Of a stretch of 32,740 bases of DNA, positions 1-12,900 are shown in pieces (the first letter of the stretch is position 1; each line of letters starts with the position of its first letter). Where the stretch lies: positions 1-32,740 of the forward strand of contig JAUCBJ010005795.1 in assembly GCA_032718475.1 (NCBI GenBank). The letters run 5' to 3'. The notes beneath the pieces were generated by a model. It was not told the DNA's origin. It saw only the letters and a list, made by a program, of their open reading frames with translations, and did not search any database. Source of the stretch: Nemertoderma westbladi. Its lineage: Eukaryota; Animalia; Xenacoelomorpha. A program made the translations under genes and the position numbers.

Positions 1-363
1 TACTGTACTGTATGTATAGTACCGGTAGGCCTATACACTACCTCACATTATATCTACCATTTCTTCCCAAGTTAAATTTTAACACGCTTTTTTAACTAAT
101 TTTAATTTTTATTTCAGATTTTTACACTATACATCTCCCAACGAAATGAAGGCATAATAGAGTCTATTGAATTAATTGGATGAAGAATAAAACAGAAAAT
201 CTCACAGAATAAACAAGTAAATATTATTGTTAACATAAATAATATTAATTAGAAATAGAAAATAAATATATTACTGTTTAAAATAAAAAAAGGAGGGCAA
301 ACGTTGAAATAAATTTGTTAAAAGGTTTTAGCTTAAAACATTTAATCCACGAAACTAAACAAA

Positions 364-1714
364 ATGGTTAAAAAAAGACAACAAACATGTTTTGAATGCG
401 GAAGTAAAACCCACAACATAAGAACTTGTAAAATAGCGAAATTGAGATTGGCCGAAACTGACAGCAAATCAAAAGATACAGAAATTATTGATTTGGATGT
501 GGGTGATTTTCACTGTGAAGGTGTAGATGGCATGGGACAAGTACAGAAGGCGAAGGAGGGTCAGGCAGGAATGATGACGGCAGTCATGTAGAAGAAATGC
601 ATTTGGAAGCCAATCGTAGTCGAGGAGAAGAGATAGGAATGGAAGTGGATGAAGATGTGAGCCAGAGTCAATTTAAAGTTGCACACTGCCCTGATGCATC
701 ACCATGGCAATAGCTTCAACTATCGTGTGACCTTAACAACTTCGTCATTGAAGATAATCGTGGTGGTGGAGATTGTCTCTACTTTGCTATACAGCGTGGG
801 CTGGATCTTTATAACTACAATCGGCATTATACAATCTCAGCATTGCGAAAATTATCGGCCGATGGGATGACTGAAGATCCGGCGCCATTTGCAGATTGAT
901 TTATGACTCCAACACGAGAAGAACTACGCGGTGTGTTTCCTCCCCCAGCAGTAACATTTAGTGAGTTTGTTAAACAAACTCGTTATAATGAATGGGGAAC
1001 TGAACTAAATGTTATGTCCTTGGCAAGGAAACTGCCAGTGTCGATTTGCCTGGTATCTACAGATTCACGAAGTATATTGCACTTTGGCGAGAAACCAACC
1101 AGAATATATATTGCACACATGCCTGGGCATTATGTGGCTTTAGTTCCAGCCTCCTCATCACAAATGCCAACGACACCCCAAGCAGAACAATCATACGCAC
1201 CCCGTCCAACTCAGGAATCTGTACACCGCCCAACACCAGCTTCTGAACCCCATCCAGCACCAGCTTCTGAAACCAGTCCAACATCCACATCTGAACCCCG
1301 TACAACACCAGCTTCTGAACCCTGTCCAACACCTACATCTGTACCCCGTCCAGCACCAGATTCTGAACACCGTCCAACACACAGATCTGTAACCTGTCCA
1401 ACACCAGCTTCTGAAACCCGTCCAACATCAGCCTCTGTACTCCATCCAAGTCCAGCATATGTACCCCATGTGGAAGTTGTAAATGCACCTCCTGTTGCAT
1501 CATAGAATGCTCAGAGTATACACCCACTAACAGGTGCATATGCAGCACAAGATACAGCTCCCTCTACGGTATCACCTGCTGCTGCATTGGACTTTTCAAT
1601 CCTCTGTTTGTGTTGCCAAAGACATTCAACTGATGTCTATAATATTAATGTATGTGCCAGAGAACCCTGCAGTGGAAAAAAAATACGGCCAAATGACGCA
1701 GAGGAGAAATTATG
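364..1714 (+). pseudogene. Decayed TE ORF, copy 1: CCHC zinc knuckle, OTU cysteine protease, Pro/Thr-rich repeats and the start of a Cys-rich domain (Helitron-like element suspected)
   Basis: CFECGSKTHNIRTC knuckle. OTU motifs NRGGGDCLYFAI, WGTELNV and GHYVAL. Interrupted by a frameshift and in-frame stops. Homology to copy 2 ends at 1714. Confidence 0.7.
1195..1470 (+). repeat. 24-bp (8-aa) coding minisatellite, PTPASE/VP-type
   Basis: Repeated ccaacaccagcttctg(aa/ta)ccc units. The paralogous array at about 10720-11090 has more units. Confidence 0.85.
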
Positions 1715-1899
1715 TAGAAATTATAACCTAACTACGAACTCACATGTTATCACCATTCATCGATACCACTGAAACCACTGTCACTCTTTACTACTCACTC
1801 TACTACTCTATGACAAACCACTTCACGTTCATCCCACAGTACCGCTGACCACGGCATCGCCACACTAAAATATCAGTAACTATTAGTGTGCTTGACCAA

Positions 1900-2606
1900 C
1901 TGTGGGATTTATTGCGATATCAAGCTGTAAAGAAATGCAGAATAGAATTAGCAATATTGGGTTTATCAGAGAGTGAAGATGACTAGGGTAGTGTGCTGTG
2001 CATAGAATGAAAGTCAGATTATTATAGAAGACTTTGTTCTGTCAGGGACTGAACAACACAACAAGACTGGTATGAACGGATCGGCATCTGCATGTTAACC
2101 CTAATGATAATAGTACCACTACACAATAATAGTAATGTTTCTAATTCACTGGGCCGGAATGCCGAACTCATTCGGAAGATGGACAGAGGAAGTAACGTTC
2201 ATCCAGAGATGCAAAGAAGAATATCGAAAGCATGGATACAAGGAGGCACATGAACAAGAAAGAAATGCTGCCAAAAACAACTGAGGAAAATATAGCCATA
2301 GATAACATAGGAATCTGAGAGAGGACCGATAGCAAACCATCATCGATGTTCAACACAGAAAGAATGTTTGGAGAAATTGTGCTGTTGGTTACTATAACAT
2401 CAATGCTAATCGGTAGCGGAGCAGCTTTCACATTCACCAAGAATTGGATAGTGGATAGATAGGCTTGAGTTGAAATCTAAACCCAGCACAATGGCAGTAA
2501 CAATATCGGCCAAAGAGGAAATCATTCCGATGAGAATGGCAATATGCAAAATATGAGCAATTGATATTGCATCATGCTGCAAGTATGGGATAACATGTGA
2601 ACCCAT
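1900..2606 (-). pseudogene. Degraded multi-pass membrane protein, possibly a 7TM/GPCR-like pseudogene
   Basis: Successive hydrophobic minus-strand ORFs (2406-2606, 2168-2440) and a HSLINPILLILF segment resembling a TM7 NPxxY region. Frameshifted. Confidence 0.35.
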
Positions 2607-4229
2607 ACAAAAATTTAATATACATTGTTGTTAAATAAACATTCAATCATAATAAATAACTTATGCAATTATAAATATAATATCAGCCCCCCTAATCCAA
2701 CTTATATACTTTATTTAAACAAAGCAGAAATTAATGAGAATTTCATTCAAATCAGAAAACCGCGAGCGAAACCTCTTTTGGCATTACTATAGTATGTGTA
2801 CCCATGACCGGTACTTATTATAAGTGATAGAAACTGCACAAATTAAATTTTTTTTTATAATATAAATTGCACTATAATATTAATCCTTACTAAATGACAA
2901 TATGATATAGGAAATATATAGGATAGCAATGCATACAAAAATACAGAGTTCATTAATATCAAAGCTAGGCAACTAACTCACCAATACCGACCAATACCAA
3001 CATCTTGATTCCATAGACTCTCCACACCCGTTTTAACAGTTTTCCAACCTCCCATGCAACAATCCATTATTCAACAACCCATACATGACCCTGTTAACCA
3101 GCAACACACTCAATAGCCCAAACAACCCATACATCATGTGAAAATTCGACAATCACAAGATCTGATCGATTGTGGTGATTAATCAGTTAGGGAATGATAT
3201 TCATCTCAACAATTGTTCACATTAGGATGTGTTCCTTAGTAATGGTAAGTGGTAATGTCACCACTGATAATGAGGATGAGAAACTAGGTTAATTAACAGT
3301 TGAAGAGTTATCTCATGTCTTGTAGATATGATGTCAGATATGTCGTACTATATAAGAGTTAATGTTTGGTTTTTTTGCTTTTGATTGCAGTTTTTCCATT
3401 CATAATGTTATATTGTCAATAAAACTGTAATACCAGGACCTGCTATTCCAGATAGAGGAGTGGTAGGTGACTTCCAGGAGGCAGCAAGGGTACATCAGGG
3501 GAGTTGTTACAACAATTACCACCTGAGCGGCAGTTTATACAAAGCCGCCAGTAAAGTAAGTGCAAAAATGCAAAGACAATTTATCAATAAAATATGTGTT
3601 CTCCTTGCGGCCACCCGATCATAAAAATAATTTCGAAATATTTCGTATCAAAATGGTGAACCATTATTATTGTTCAATACACTGAGACAGTTTTATCTTA
3701 CACATAGGCCTATTGCAGAGGTTGTCATCAAGAAATTGTAGTAATAAAATCTTTATTGTTTTTAGGGACCTGACATCGAGCAACACTTTCACCATGTTGC
3801 ATCATACCGCATTTTTCTCACTGTCCATATCCAACTTCATCTAACACATTCATGCCTCAACCTGGCATATTTCAACATTCATAACCCTCAACGTATGCAC
3901 CTGATGTCTTCAAACAACATCCAATGTGAGGTTGCAGATTTACTGGCTCTTGGTTCATCTTCAGTTAATAACACAGATTCTAATTATTCACTCTGTTCAG
4001 AATCTTTGGTTTTATATTTAGTTATGTCTGTATTTACGACTATCTATTTTTAGTACCAATTTTTAGTGCGTGTATTTTTATTGTGTTTATTTGTAGTGTA
4101 TTTTTAAAGCGTGCGGCAAATTGTGCTTCACCTTGTAAAACCAGTCAGTTGTTTACCAGTCCTCAAGTTCCAGTTGCCAAAATGTCAGGAGGTATTAAGA
4201 GATGGCATTGCTTTAGGCCATGATATATT

Positions 4230-4700
4230 GCAAATGGAATAATAGACAAAAAACATGGTGTTGGGTATAGGATCATCAATAGGATCAACTTGCTTACTGG
4301 TCGGAAAAGCCAACCAACCACCAAGGTTAAGGCTGAATCACCAGCCGATCGCCGCAATGGTTGGAAGGCCCACTTTGAAAAACTCCTCAATAATGACAGG
4401 GTATTGCCTGATAACTTTATAGAAGTAAAAGTATCTGAGTCTGTACTCCCAGACATTCCCATTGGGGATATCTTTGTTGACTTCTTCAAGGCCTTTGATT
4501 CAGTCTCTCGCTCACGTATGTTCAGCATACTTTCATTATATGGGATTCCTGATGAAATTTATGCAGCAATCAGATCAGTATACGATGGTTCGACAACATT
4601 TGTCTACTGTTGACGGTGACACAGAACCATTTGAAGTGTTATGGGGCGTCCTCCAGGGAGACACACTTGCACCATTCTTGTTCATAATTGTGGTTAAGAA
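4230..4700 (+). mobile_element. Non-LTR retrotransposon (LINE) reverse transcriptase fragment, internally deleted and frameshifted
   Basis: FVDFFKAFDSVSR...LYGIP and GVLQGDTLAPFLFIIVV are LINE RT motifs. No YxDD seen. Confidence 0.85.
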
Positions 4701-4939
4701 TGCAGCTGCAATGCATGCAGCATGCCGATCCTAGTTGTAGTAGTGGGTAGTGGGATTCAGCATCCAGGGCACCAGTGTAGTGTCAGCAAAATAAATATTT
4801 TGATAGCTGACTGCAATTAATTTATCTCGTAAACAATCAAATGCAATTATCATAAAACTAAGTAGCACATAACCATTACCGTACACTGTCATAGTAATAG
4901 GCCAAGCAAAGTACTTTCAGTATCCAGACAGGTGAGTCG

Positions 4940-5340
4940 CTTAGGATGGCACTATGAATAAGAGTAGAATAGAGATACCTAAAGAAATAAAGAACATGCA
5001 AAACCGAGAAAACACCAGCACAATTGTTTTATATCACAAGGAGAATCCTAAAATATTGTTGTCTTCCTATGTTGTGCGCACTAAAAGCAAAGGAATGAAG
5101 AATGTGTTATTGCTATAAATCATGCCCCCAATACTAATGCACACCAAAGACGAAAAGGAAAACTAGGTCACTACAAAGTGTATGACTTTACTAAAGACGG
5201 CACCGATAAAATGGACCAGCGCCAGGGTAGTTCAACTACAAAATCAAAACCTAGGAAATGGACAATGACAGTCAACTCCTATATGCTAGATACAAGACGA
5301 ATCATCATGAACACTGTGTTGCACACTGTATCAAAACAAC
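4940..5340 (+). mobile_element. piggyBac-like transposase fragment
   Basis: GTMNKSRIEIP...KNVLLL...YDFTKDGTDKMDQ...KPRKWTM...YMLD resembles the piggyBac catalytic-domain C-terminal part. Contains stops. Confidence 0.8.
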
Positions 5341-5516
5341 GTTCCTGCTAGAAAAGTGAGTAAAATAAGAGTATAATTATATTATTTTATCACTAATGAT
5401 ATCAAATAAATCTGTAGCTACGAAAATAAATATGCAGCTGTTAATAAATAATAATAGAAATTACAATTTATAAGGAAATTTTAAGATTCCAATTTCTGAG
5501 TAATATGAAAATTGTG

Positions 5517-5577
5517 AAATAACTTGCCCAAACTGGCAAGTTAAAAATTTTAGCCTACCCAAAAGGGCAAGTTATTT
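5517..5577. repeat. Short inverted-repeat remnant (13-bp arms; 15-bp arms in the copy near 16934-16994)
   Basis: aaataacttgccc ... gggcaagttattt. Confidence 0.6.
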
Positions 5578-5589
5578 ATAGTTGAATGA

Positions 5590-6170
5590 GTTTCAGACCT
5601 TGGTATTGGGAAATAAAGTATTCAATCTTTAACCACTACTGATACACGGTGCGGCGAGCTCTGTATAAAACTATGCATGGCCTGGTCGCTTTGTCTGTTC
5701 ATCTCCTTCACAATGGATTATCTAATGTTCTGTTGGGGGAAATACAATATGATTGTATAGAAGGGGAATTTGGATGCTATAGAGGAATGTGTGGTTCGAA
5801 CCTGGCCATGACGGTCAAAGATGTTGAATCTGGTGTTCAGTGACGAGATTTATTAGCGTTTGTGAAGTTGGGGGACCTGTCTGATGATATTCTTGAACGG
5901 CAGAACTCTGGTGATATGCTATTTCTGTCAGAATCCATTGACACTGGAGATTCTTTCTTCTGTAGAAATCCTTGTGGATGTTGAGATTAGCTCAGAAGAA
6001 TTACAAGCTGTTGCCTTTGTCGCTGGGCAACTGCTTAAAGTTGTTCATATGGGGATTACATTAAGACAATGTCTTTATTAATACAGTCTTGTGGTGTCTC
6101 AAAATACCATCACACAACCATGTGAACAACTGTAGGATCAGCTGCATGGGTTGATTTGGTTCCTAGTGGA
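5590..6170 (+). mobile_element. P-element/THAP9-like transposase C-terminal fragment
   Basis: VLLGEIQYDCIEGEFGCYRGMCGSN resembles the P-element motif QDxxExxFGxxRxxxGxN. ELQAVAFVAG follows. Degraded. Confidence 0.7.
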
Positions 6171-6549
6171 ACAATTGGATGTTTCAAACAACTGAGTATG
6201 GGATATTCCGTATGAGATCAACACAGCAAAAATCCTTATCATCTCAGATTTTCTTGAAATTTGGTGGAGAGGTGGTACCTATAGAGTAAGTAACTCATGC
6301 CAAATTTTAGATCTTGAACTGCTTGCAATCACGAGATATGCCACCTCAAAGTTTGAGGTTTTCGCTGATTTCCGGTCGGACCGGAAGTATACAAAGATGC
6401 ATTATTAATGAAGATCTCATAATAAACCTGCAACATAAGTATTCATTTGAAAGCTCTTGTCTTGCTCTTTCATAATATCGTGATACTTGTGCTATATTTT
6501 CCACATAGCTCTTTTAATGTAGCTGTAAAGACTTTAAATGCGAAGCGCA

Positions 6550-6676
6550 AAAAACATGTATACTTCAATTTTGCTCACAAACTTGGCTCAAATTATCCTT
6601 ATTATGTCTCTTGAAAAACATGTATACTTCAATTTTGCTCACAAACTTGGCTCAAATTATCCTTATTATGTCTCTT
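6550..6676. repeat. Perfect ~63-bp tandem duplication
   Basis: aaaaacatgtatacttc...attatgtctctt occurs twice in tandem. Confidence 0.9.
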
Positions 6677-7043
6677 AACACCCATAAAAAAATTGGGATG
6701 GCTTTTGCGCCCCTTCGTGACTTACAGGCGTTTTTGTTTTGGTTATTCGACGGTTTTGCGAAACATCGCGATGTTTCGCGAAGCATCGCGTAACATTGCG
6801 ATCACAACATACATTGTTGAATGTTAAAAATATTTGCGACTATCTCTTTGCATGTGTTTAACTATGTCATATTTATTAATCGGCATAAAAATGATTTTTA
6901 CTTTGAAATATCTCAAAAAAGATATTTTTTTTTTTATATACATTGCAGTGCTGCTAGGGATGGATATATCAATATATTTCTCAAATAAATGGTAAAGAAA
7001 CAGTGTATACCTTTTCGCATTGTCGAACTTAAACAATCAATAT

Positions 7044-7946
7044 ACTTACGGGGTACTGGACTCATTTCATGTATATAAGGGCCAGGGGTGGGAGGCAAAG
7101 TTAAGCAGTATTCAGGTTTACCTGACTACTATTACCAACTTCCTGCTGCCTGTAGAGGTGGATTTGGTAACTCGCTAGGTCTAAAGGACAAGGACTGCCC
7201 TTAGCGGTCCCTGGCCAACAGCAGTTATTACGAGCCTGAAAAGGACATCGGAAAGTCTGCTGCTTGTGTCAGGGATTTGCGACGGGAAACGACGACAGAC
7301 CCCTAGCCAAGCCGTACTGGTTCCTGATGACCGATCCCTTCGGGGTTCGGGAGGGGTGGTACGGACACGTGAACGGATCAACCGACTAACAGAGGAAGAG
7401 TTCCACGAGGACTGCCTTCCTGGAGTGGGTTCCACGACCGGCGTTAGTACGAGCCTGAATAAGGACTCGGAAAACCACCAACCGTTGGGGCTCACAACGG
7501 GCTGACAGACCCCTTGCCAAGCCGTACTGGTTCCTGACTGATCCCTTCGGGGTGAGGAAAGGGTGGGACGGACACGCAACGGGGTCGAAAGACAAAGGAC
7601 TGGACTCTACTGGCCTACCGACTGTTTGGAGCAGTTTCTCGGCTGCCGAAGCGACTACGAGCCTGAATAAGGACTCGGAAAGCCAAGGTGGTTGGGTCTC
7701 TGCGATGAACTGATGGACCCCTAGCCAAGCCGTACTGGTTCCCGATGACCAATCCCTTCGGGGTTTGGGAGGGGTGGTACGGATACGCGACAGGGTCTAC
7801 CGACTGGACCGACCCTTAGCCAAGCCGTACTGGTTCCTGATGACCGATCCCTTCGGTGTTCGGGAAGGGTGGTACGGACACGCAACAGGGTCGACCGACA
7901 CCGACACTACGGCACCAAGACTAGGACCGAGGGAAATCGGGGAACA
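7044..7946 (+). mobile_element. 5'-truncated LTR (copy of 25385-26294)
   Basis: Near-identical to the LTR at 25234-26294. Has TATATAA at 7072-7078 and ends in ...GGAACA. Confidence 0.7.
7190..7892 (+). repeat. ~210-bp-period array of structured hairpin modules inside the LTR (four ~80-nt A modules, three B modules)
   Basis: A modules at 7298-7379, 7508-7586, 7716-7797 and 7811-7892. B motif tacgagcctgaa(t)aaggac at 7229, 7448 and 7656. Confidence 0.85.
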
Positions 7947-9223
7947 TTAGTTAGGCTAAAATCTGAGCGAACAGTGGGTAATTAAATAATATACTGTAGA
8001 GATTTATTTTGTCGTGTTATATTATTGTGAATATTTGGTGTATATTGGTTTGGGGAAGCCCAACTTATTCTCAATCAAGGTTCAACTGTAGGGAAGTTAC
8101 ATTAAAGAGTATATCCAACCAATGAAACTTTTCCTCAACCGCAATCTTGCATTTAAGAAGGTATTCCTTCTCCACTACCAATATCCGGTGACTGGCCGGG
8201 ATTCCGTGGTCTGAAAAGTTCCGCCTCCAGCATCGGCGTTTTCCCCCATGGTGTCGGGAATAACGGCAACACATATAATAATTTTGTACCAAATGATCAC
8301 CATTATTATTGTGTTGGTCTAACATACTTTATTAACGCTGTCTATCATGCTACAGTATTATGTAAAACTTTGATGTATTACCTTTCTCTTAAGTAAGTGA
8401 GATCACATCGCCAATAACAATATCAACCTAACGTGGCACCTGATACGTATGAACAACCCGTTGATGGTTATTAATGGACGACTACCTTACTAACATTATC
8501 TCAAATATATTTGGTGAGTTAGGTCTTGTAGACATTCATGGGGCCGTATTGTATGAAATAAGCAAGCTTAGCATACAGTACGGACACCGCAATTTTAACC
8601 TTTGCATAGTCACCCCCTAAAGGGAGCCTGGAGAATACATATATTATTATTAGGTATATTATTATAGGTATATTATTTGACTCATATTATTTATATACAA
8701 ATATCTATATTTCAGACGTTTGACATACTACATGACTAGGGTAGGCCCTAATAACTTTAATTGTTATGGACTATAGCCTTTACTAAATTAATTATTTATT
8801 TCAGAATTTAAGTGTTATACTCATCATCATCGTAGATACGTGGTATATTAAGAAGATAACGGTTATACGGTATAAAGGTAATGGTTACAATGTGAGTAAT
8901 ATTGTGGGCGATGCACAATCATCAATAATGTCATATTTAATTTATAAATTTCAATGTAGTTATGTAGTATTTACAAGTTTTCAGATAGGGGGGACATTCT
9001 ACGCATTATAACTGCAGCCCTACCAAGAAGATACCTGTTCTATTGACTTTCGTTTATTGTTTTGGTTAGAATAACGATCAACAGTAATATGCTCCTTTCC
9101 CTTGATTGAAACTTAAATTATAAAAACCGAGATATTAATTCACCGAGATCGGATGTCAGCAACAAAGATTCTGTTTGTTAATTATAAATGAATTGTTGTG
9201 GGGTGGGTGACGGCGAATTAAAT

Positions 9224-9506
9224 ATATGTTTAGTACATTATGATAATGCTCTCCATTGCGAAAAATATCGTTGAAGAAAAACGTTGTACTTTCCTATGAG
9301 TGACTGTAAAAGGCCTAAACATGAAGCCCACTCCATAGCGATTTAATCTTCTACCGCCCAGATGGTAGCTCAGTGGTCTTACTGTAGGACACACACTCGG
9401 CTGATGATAACCGGAAGTTTGAAACCTAGGTACCGGGTTCGAGCCCCAATAGGGGCGGTTGATATTTTTCGCTATGGAGAGCATTCTCATAATGTACTAA
9501 ACATAT
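9224..9506. repeat. 46-bp inverted repeat (44/46) enclosing the tRNA-like unit
   Basis: 9224-9269 is the reverse complement of 9461-9506 with 2 mismatches. Confidence 0.9.
9356..9457 (+). ncRNA. tRNA-like Pol III unit (tRNA-derived SINE head or pseudo-tRNA, Ile-GAT-like loop), copy 1
   Basis: A box TAGCTCAGTGG (9366-9376), B box GGTTCGAGCC (9436-9445), GCCC/GGGC ends and a TTTTT terminator at 9465-9469. The cloverleaf is non-canonical. Confidence 0.65.
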
Positions 9507-9958
9507 TATATAAGATTCTGTTTGTTTCCGTGTCAATGGCACATATCTTTATTTTGTGCGCAGATTAAGTAAGTTCACAATAACAAGATCACCAATAACC
9601 AGATCAACTGTGCCTGATACGTTCAACACTGTGATAGTTATATTTATTGACTAAGCTGGCTTACGTTACTTATATTATCTCCAAATATATTTGCTGGTAA
9701 GTTAGTAGGCCTACCACTATTTTAACTAATATCCTAGTCTCACACTTTCAGGAAACTGTATAACAGTCAAATTCCATTAAATACACCGCGACATGATTTA
9801 TGACTAAGTACAGTAGAAAAAGGGGGGGGGGGGGGCATTAACGAAAATCTCATCTCGGCGAATTAGTATCTCAACTCAATGTTAAATCATAATTTTAGGA
9901 AAAGTAGAAGGTTACAATGTCATGTTTGAGTCGGGAAGACTTTTTAATGTGTCGGAAT

Positions 9959-12900
9959 ATAGCGAAATTGAGATTGGCCGAAACTGACAGCAAATCAAAA
10001 GATACAGAAATTATTGATTTGGATGTGGGTGATTTTCACTGTGAAGGTGTAGATGGCATGGGACAAGTACAGAAGGCGAAGGAGGGTCAGGCAGGAATGA
10101 TGACAGCAGTCATGTAGAAGAAATGCATTTGGAAGCCAATCGTAGTCAAGGAGAAGAGATAGGAATGGAAGTGGATGAAGATGTGAGCCAGAGTCAATTT
10201 AAAGTTGCACACTGCCCTGATGCATCACCATGGCAATGGCTTCAACTATCGTGTGACCTTAACAACTTCGTCATTGAAGATAATCGTGGTGGTGGAGATT
10301 GTCTCTACTTTGCTATACAGCGTGGGCTGGATCTTTATAACTACAATCGGCATTATACACTCTCAGCATTGCGAAAATTATCGGCCGATGGGATGACTGA
10401 AGATCCGGCGCCATTTGCAGATTGATTTATGACTCCAACACGAGAAGAACTACGCGGTGTGTTTCCTCCCCCAGCAGTAACATTTAGTGAGTTTGTTAAA
10501 CAAACTCGTTATAACGAATGGGGAACTGAACTAAATGTTATGTCCTTGGCAAGGAAACTACCAGTGTCGATTTGCCTGGTATCTACAGATTCACGAAGTA
10601 TATTGCACTTTGGCGAGAAACCAACCAGAATATATATTGCACACACGCCTGGGCATTATGTGGCTTTAGTTCCAGCCTCCTCATCACAAATGCCAACGAC
10701 ACCCCAAGCAGAACAATCATACGCACCCCGTCCAACTCAGGAATCTGTACACCGCCCAACACCAGCTTCTGAACCCCATCCAGCACCAGCTTCTGAAACC
10801 AGTCCAACATCCACATCTGAACCCCGTACAACACCAGCTTCTGAACCCTGTCCAACACCCACATCTGTACCCCGTCCAACACCAGCTTCTGTACCCCATC
10901 CAGCACCAGATTCTGAACACCGTCCAACACACAGATCTGTAACCTGTCCAACACCAGCTTCTGTACCCCGTCCAACACCAGCTTCTGAACCCTGTCCAAC
11001 ACTAGAATCTGTACCGCGTCCAACACCAGCTTCTGAAACCCGTCCAACATCAGCCTCTGTACTCCATCCAAGTCCAGCATATGTACCCCATGTGGAAGTT
11101 GTAAATGCACCTCCTGTTGCATCATATAATGCTCAGAGTATACACCCACTAACAGGTGCATATGCAGCACAAGATACAGCTCCCTCTACGGTATCACCTG
11201 CTGCTGCATTGGACTTTTCAATCCTCTGTTTGTGTTGCCAAAGACTCAACTGATGTCTATAATATTAATGTATGTGCCAGAGAACCCTGCAGTGGAAAAA
11301 AAATACGGCCAAATGATGCAGAGGAGAAATTATGCATCACCTATGTGCTGCAATAATTGCAATGTCTATTTACACTCCAGCAACAATGTGGTTTTTTGCA
11401 ACTGGAATTACATGGGGCCAGCTGTAATAAACACATGTCTAACCTCAAATACGATGCTTACTGACAATAAGAAACAGGAGCTATGGGTTCAGTTGCCTCA
11501 CACATGGAAGCAAATGTGGTCGGATTTACCTTTCTCTCAATCGTGTAATTCCAAATTTAAGGATTACACAAAATCGGTTACCGAATTCAAAGAGGATATA
11601 AAAGCCAATACACTCGGTCGTCTTAGGAAGGCTGTGAATAGAGAATGCTTTCCAGTGGTAAAATGCCCGTTAGGTTGTTGGCAGTGGGTAGATATGTGTA
11701 AATGTATATCTTTCATAGATTATATGGCCCACGCCAATATTGTATCCCTACCAGGATCCAACCGTGAGAATTTTCGCTCTGCAAGACCGAATTGGCCAAC
11801 TAGTCCGCGGCAATACCTCTTAACGTGGAAAGTTTCCCCTGGAGTCATTTGTGATGACACTGATGGCCTCTGCATAATGTTGTGCGAGGACCACACAAAT
11901 ACGAAACAGCAAGTGCTATACATACAGGAGAACCCATTTTATGAGGAAGGTGCTGTGCAATCCTATGAGGAATTTGCACCAGCAACTCTGGCACCAAATG
12001 TTGTGAGGCAAGGAAGGTTGAACCGTTGGAATAGTTCCAACTATGTCGTTAACTGCGTCGGAGGCTACCATGGCCTTTCAACTTACACACTTGGAGCTTC
12101 CAACATTGATCCTCCTCCCATCAACTACAACCAAATACTGAGGGAGGGGTTATGTCTTAAAATTTCGGCCGGACATACGCGAATCCTATCTAGGAAGTGG
12201 GGATAGAGGCAGCAGCATCATAGTCAAATCCAAGCTGCAGGGGTTGGAAGGTTCAGGAAAAAGCCCAAAGGAAGAAAATATCAAACAACTTATCTCAGGG
12301 GGTACATACGTCTCGATTGGAGATTCTTTCCATGCTTGGAAGTTATCACGTCTCCAACACGAGGAACAGGAGTCACGAGAAAATGCCAAAGCTTACATGT
12401 TCCAAGCTGAGAGTCTTACGATAACAATTGTCCATCCTCATACTGACTATGGCGCTTTTCCATTCAAATTAAATGTTACTCATATTGGTACCTCTCTAGC
12501 CTCTGCTGTTACAACAGTTCTCCTTTACAATAGAAGACTTCATCAATTATGTTTGGAGAAGTACATTTCACTAAATGATAACTTCATTGGCCGGGTTCTT
12601 GCTGCTGTTGCTAGTGTCTCTGGACTTAACAAACCATCTAAGTCGTGCAACATACACATCATTGATACAAATATTTCAAAGGACCCTTCCATAATAAACT
12701 TACCAGATGCACCTTTCTATGAAAAAGTAGTGAATTTATTGATTCGATTGTCCACAAAGTCTGCATTATACCCAATTGAAGAAATTCCTTGAATAGTTGG
12801 GAACATGTATGACGTCATAATTTGTCGCAACTGTAATTCTAGATCAGATCCACCAGCAAATGATATTGGTTTTTACCGCCTTATGTTGGTTATGACTGCA

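Larger units (their letters stand above)
2739..5943. repeat. Segmental duplication B, copy 1 (paralog 14166-17367)
   Basis: Near-identical by direct comparison from aatttcattcaaatcag to cagaatccattgaca. Confidence 0.95.
7044..9958. repeat. Segmental duplication C, copy 1 (paralog 25385-32041, which carries two extra insertions)
   Basis: Collinear near-identity. The paralog has additional sequence at 27137-30545 and about 31330-31625. Confidence 0.95.

Noticed and set aside
6756-6803. CG-rich palindrome gcgaaacatcgcgatgtttcgc
   Set aside because: A short isolated repeat, probably internal to a non-autonomous DNA element. No supporting context.
7325-7355. Hammerhead ribozyme (CTGATGA followed by a stem)
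   Set aside because: The stem is followed by GAGG or GAAG rather than GAAA, and I could not build stems I and III with an NUH site. A kink-turn fits better.
7298-7892. CRISPR array
   Set aside because: Repeats are about 80 nt and degenerate, spacers are unequal and share motifs, there are no cas genes, and the context is a eukaryotic LTR.
8071-8325. 84-aa minus-strand ORF (also 26419-26673)
   Set aside because: No recognisable motif. Its conservation only reflects the recent duplication.
9356-9457. Functional tRNA-Ile(GAT)
   Set aside because: 102 nt with a disrupted D arm, an oversized anticodon loop and an incomplete acceptor stem.
10583-11170. Minus-strand ORFs with LVLDGVQK repeats (also 1057-1548)
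   Set aside because: Antisense shadows of the 24-bp Pro/Thr minisatellite.
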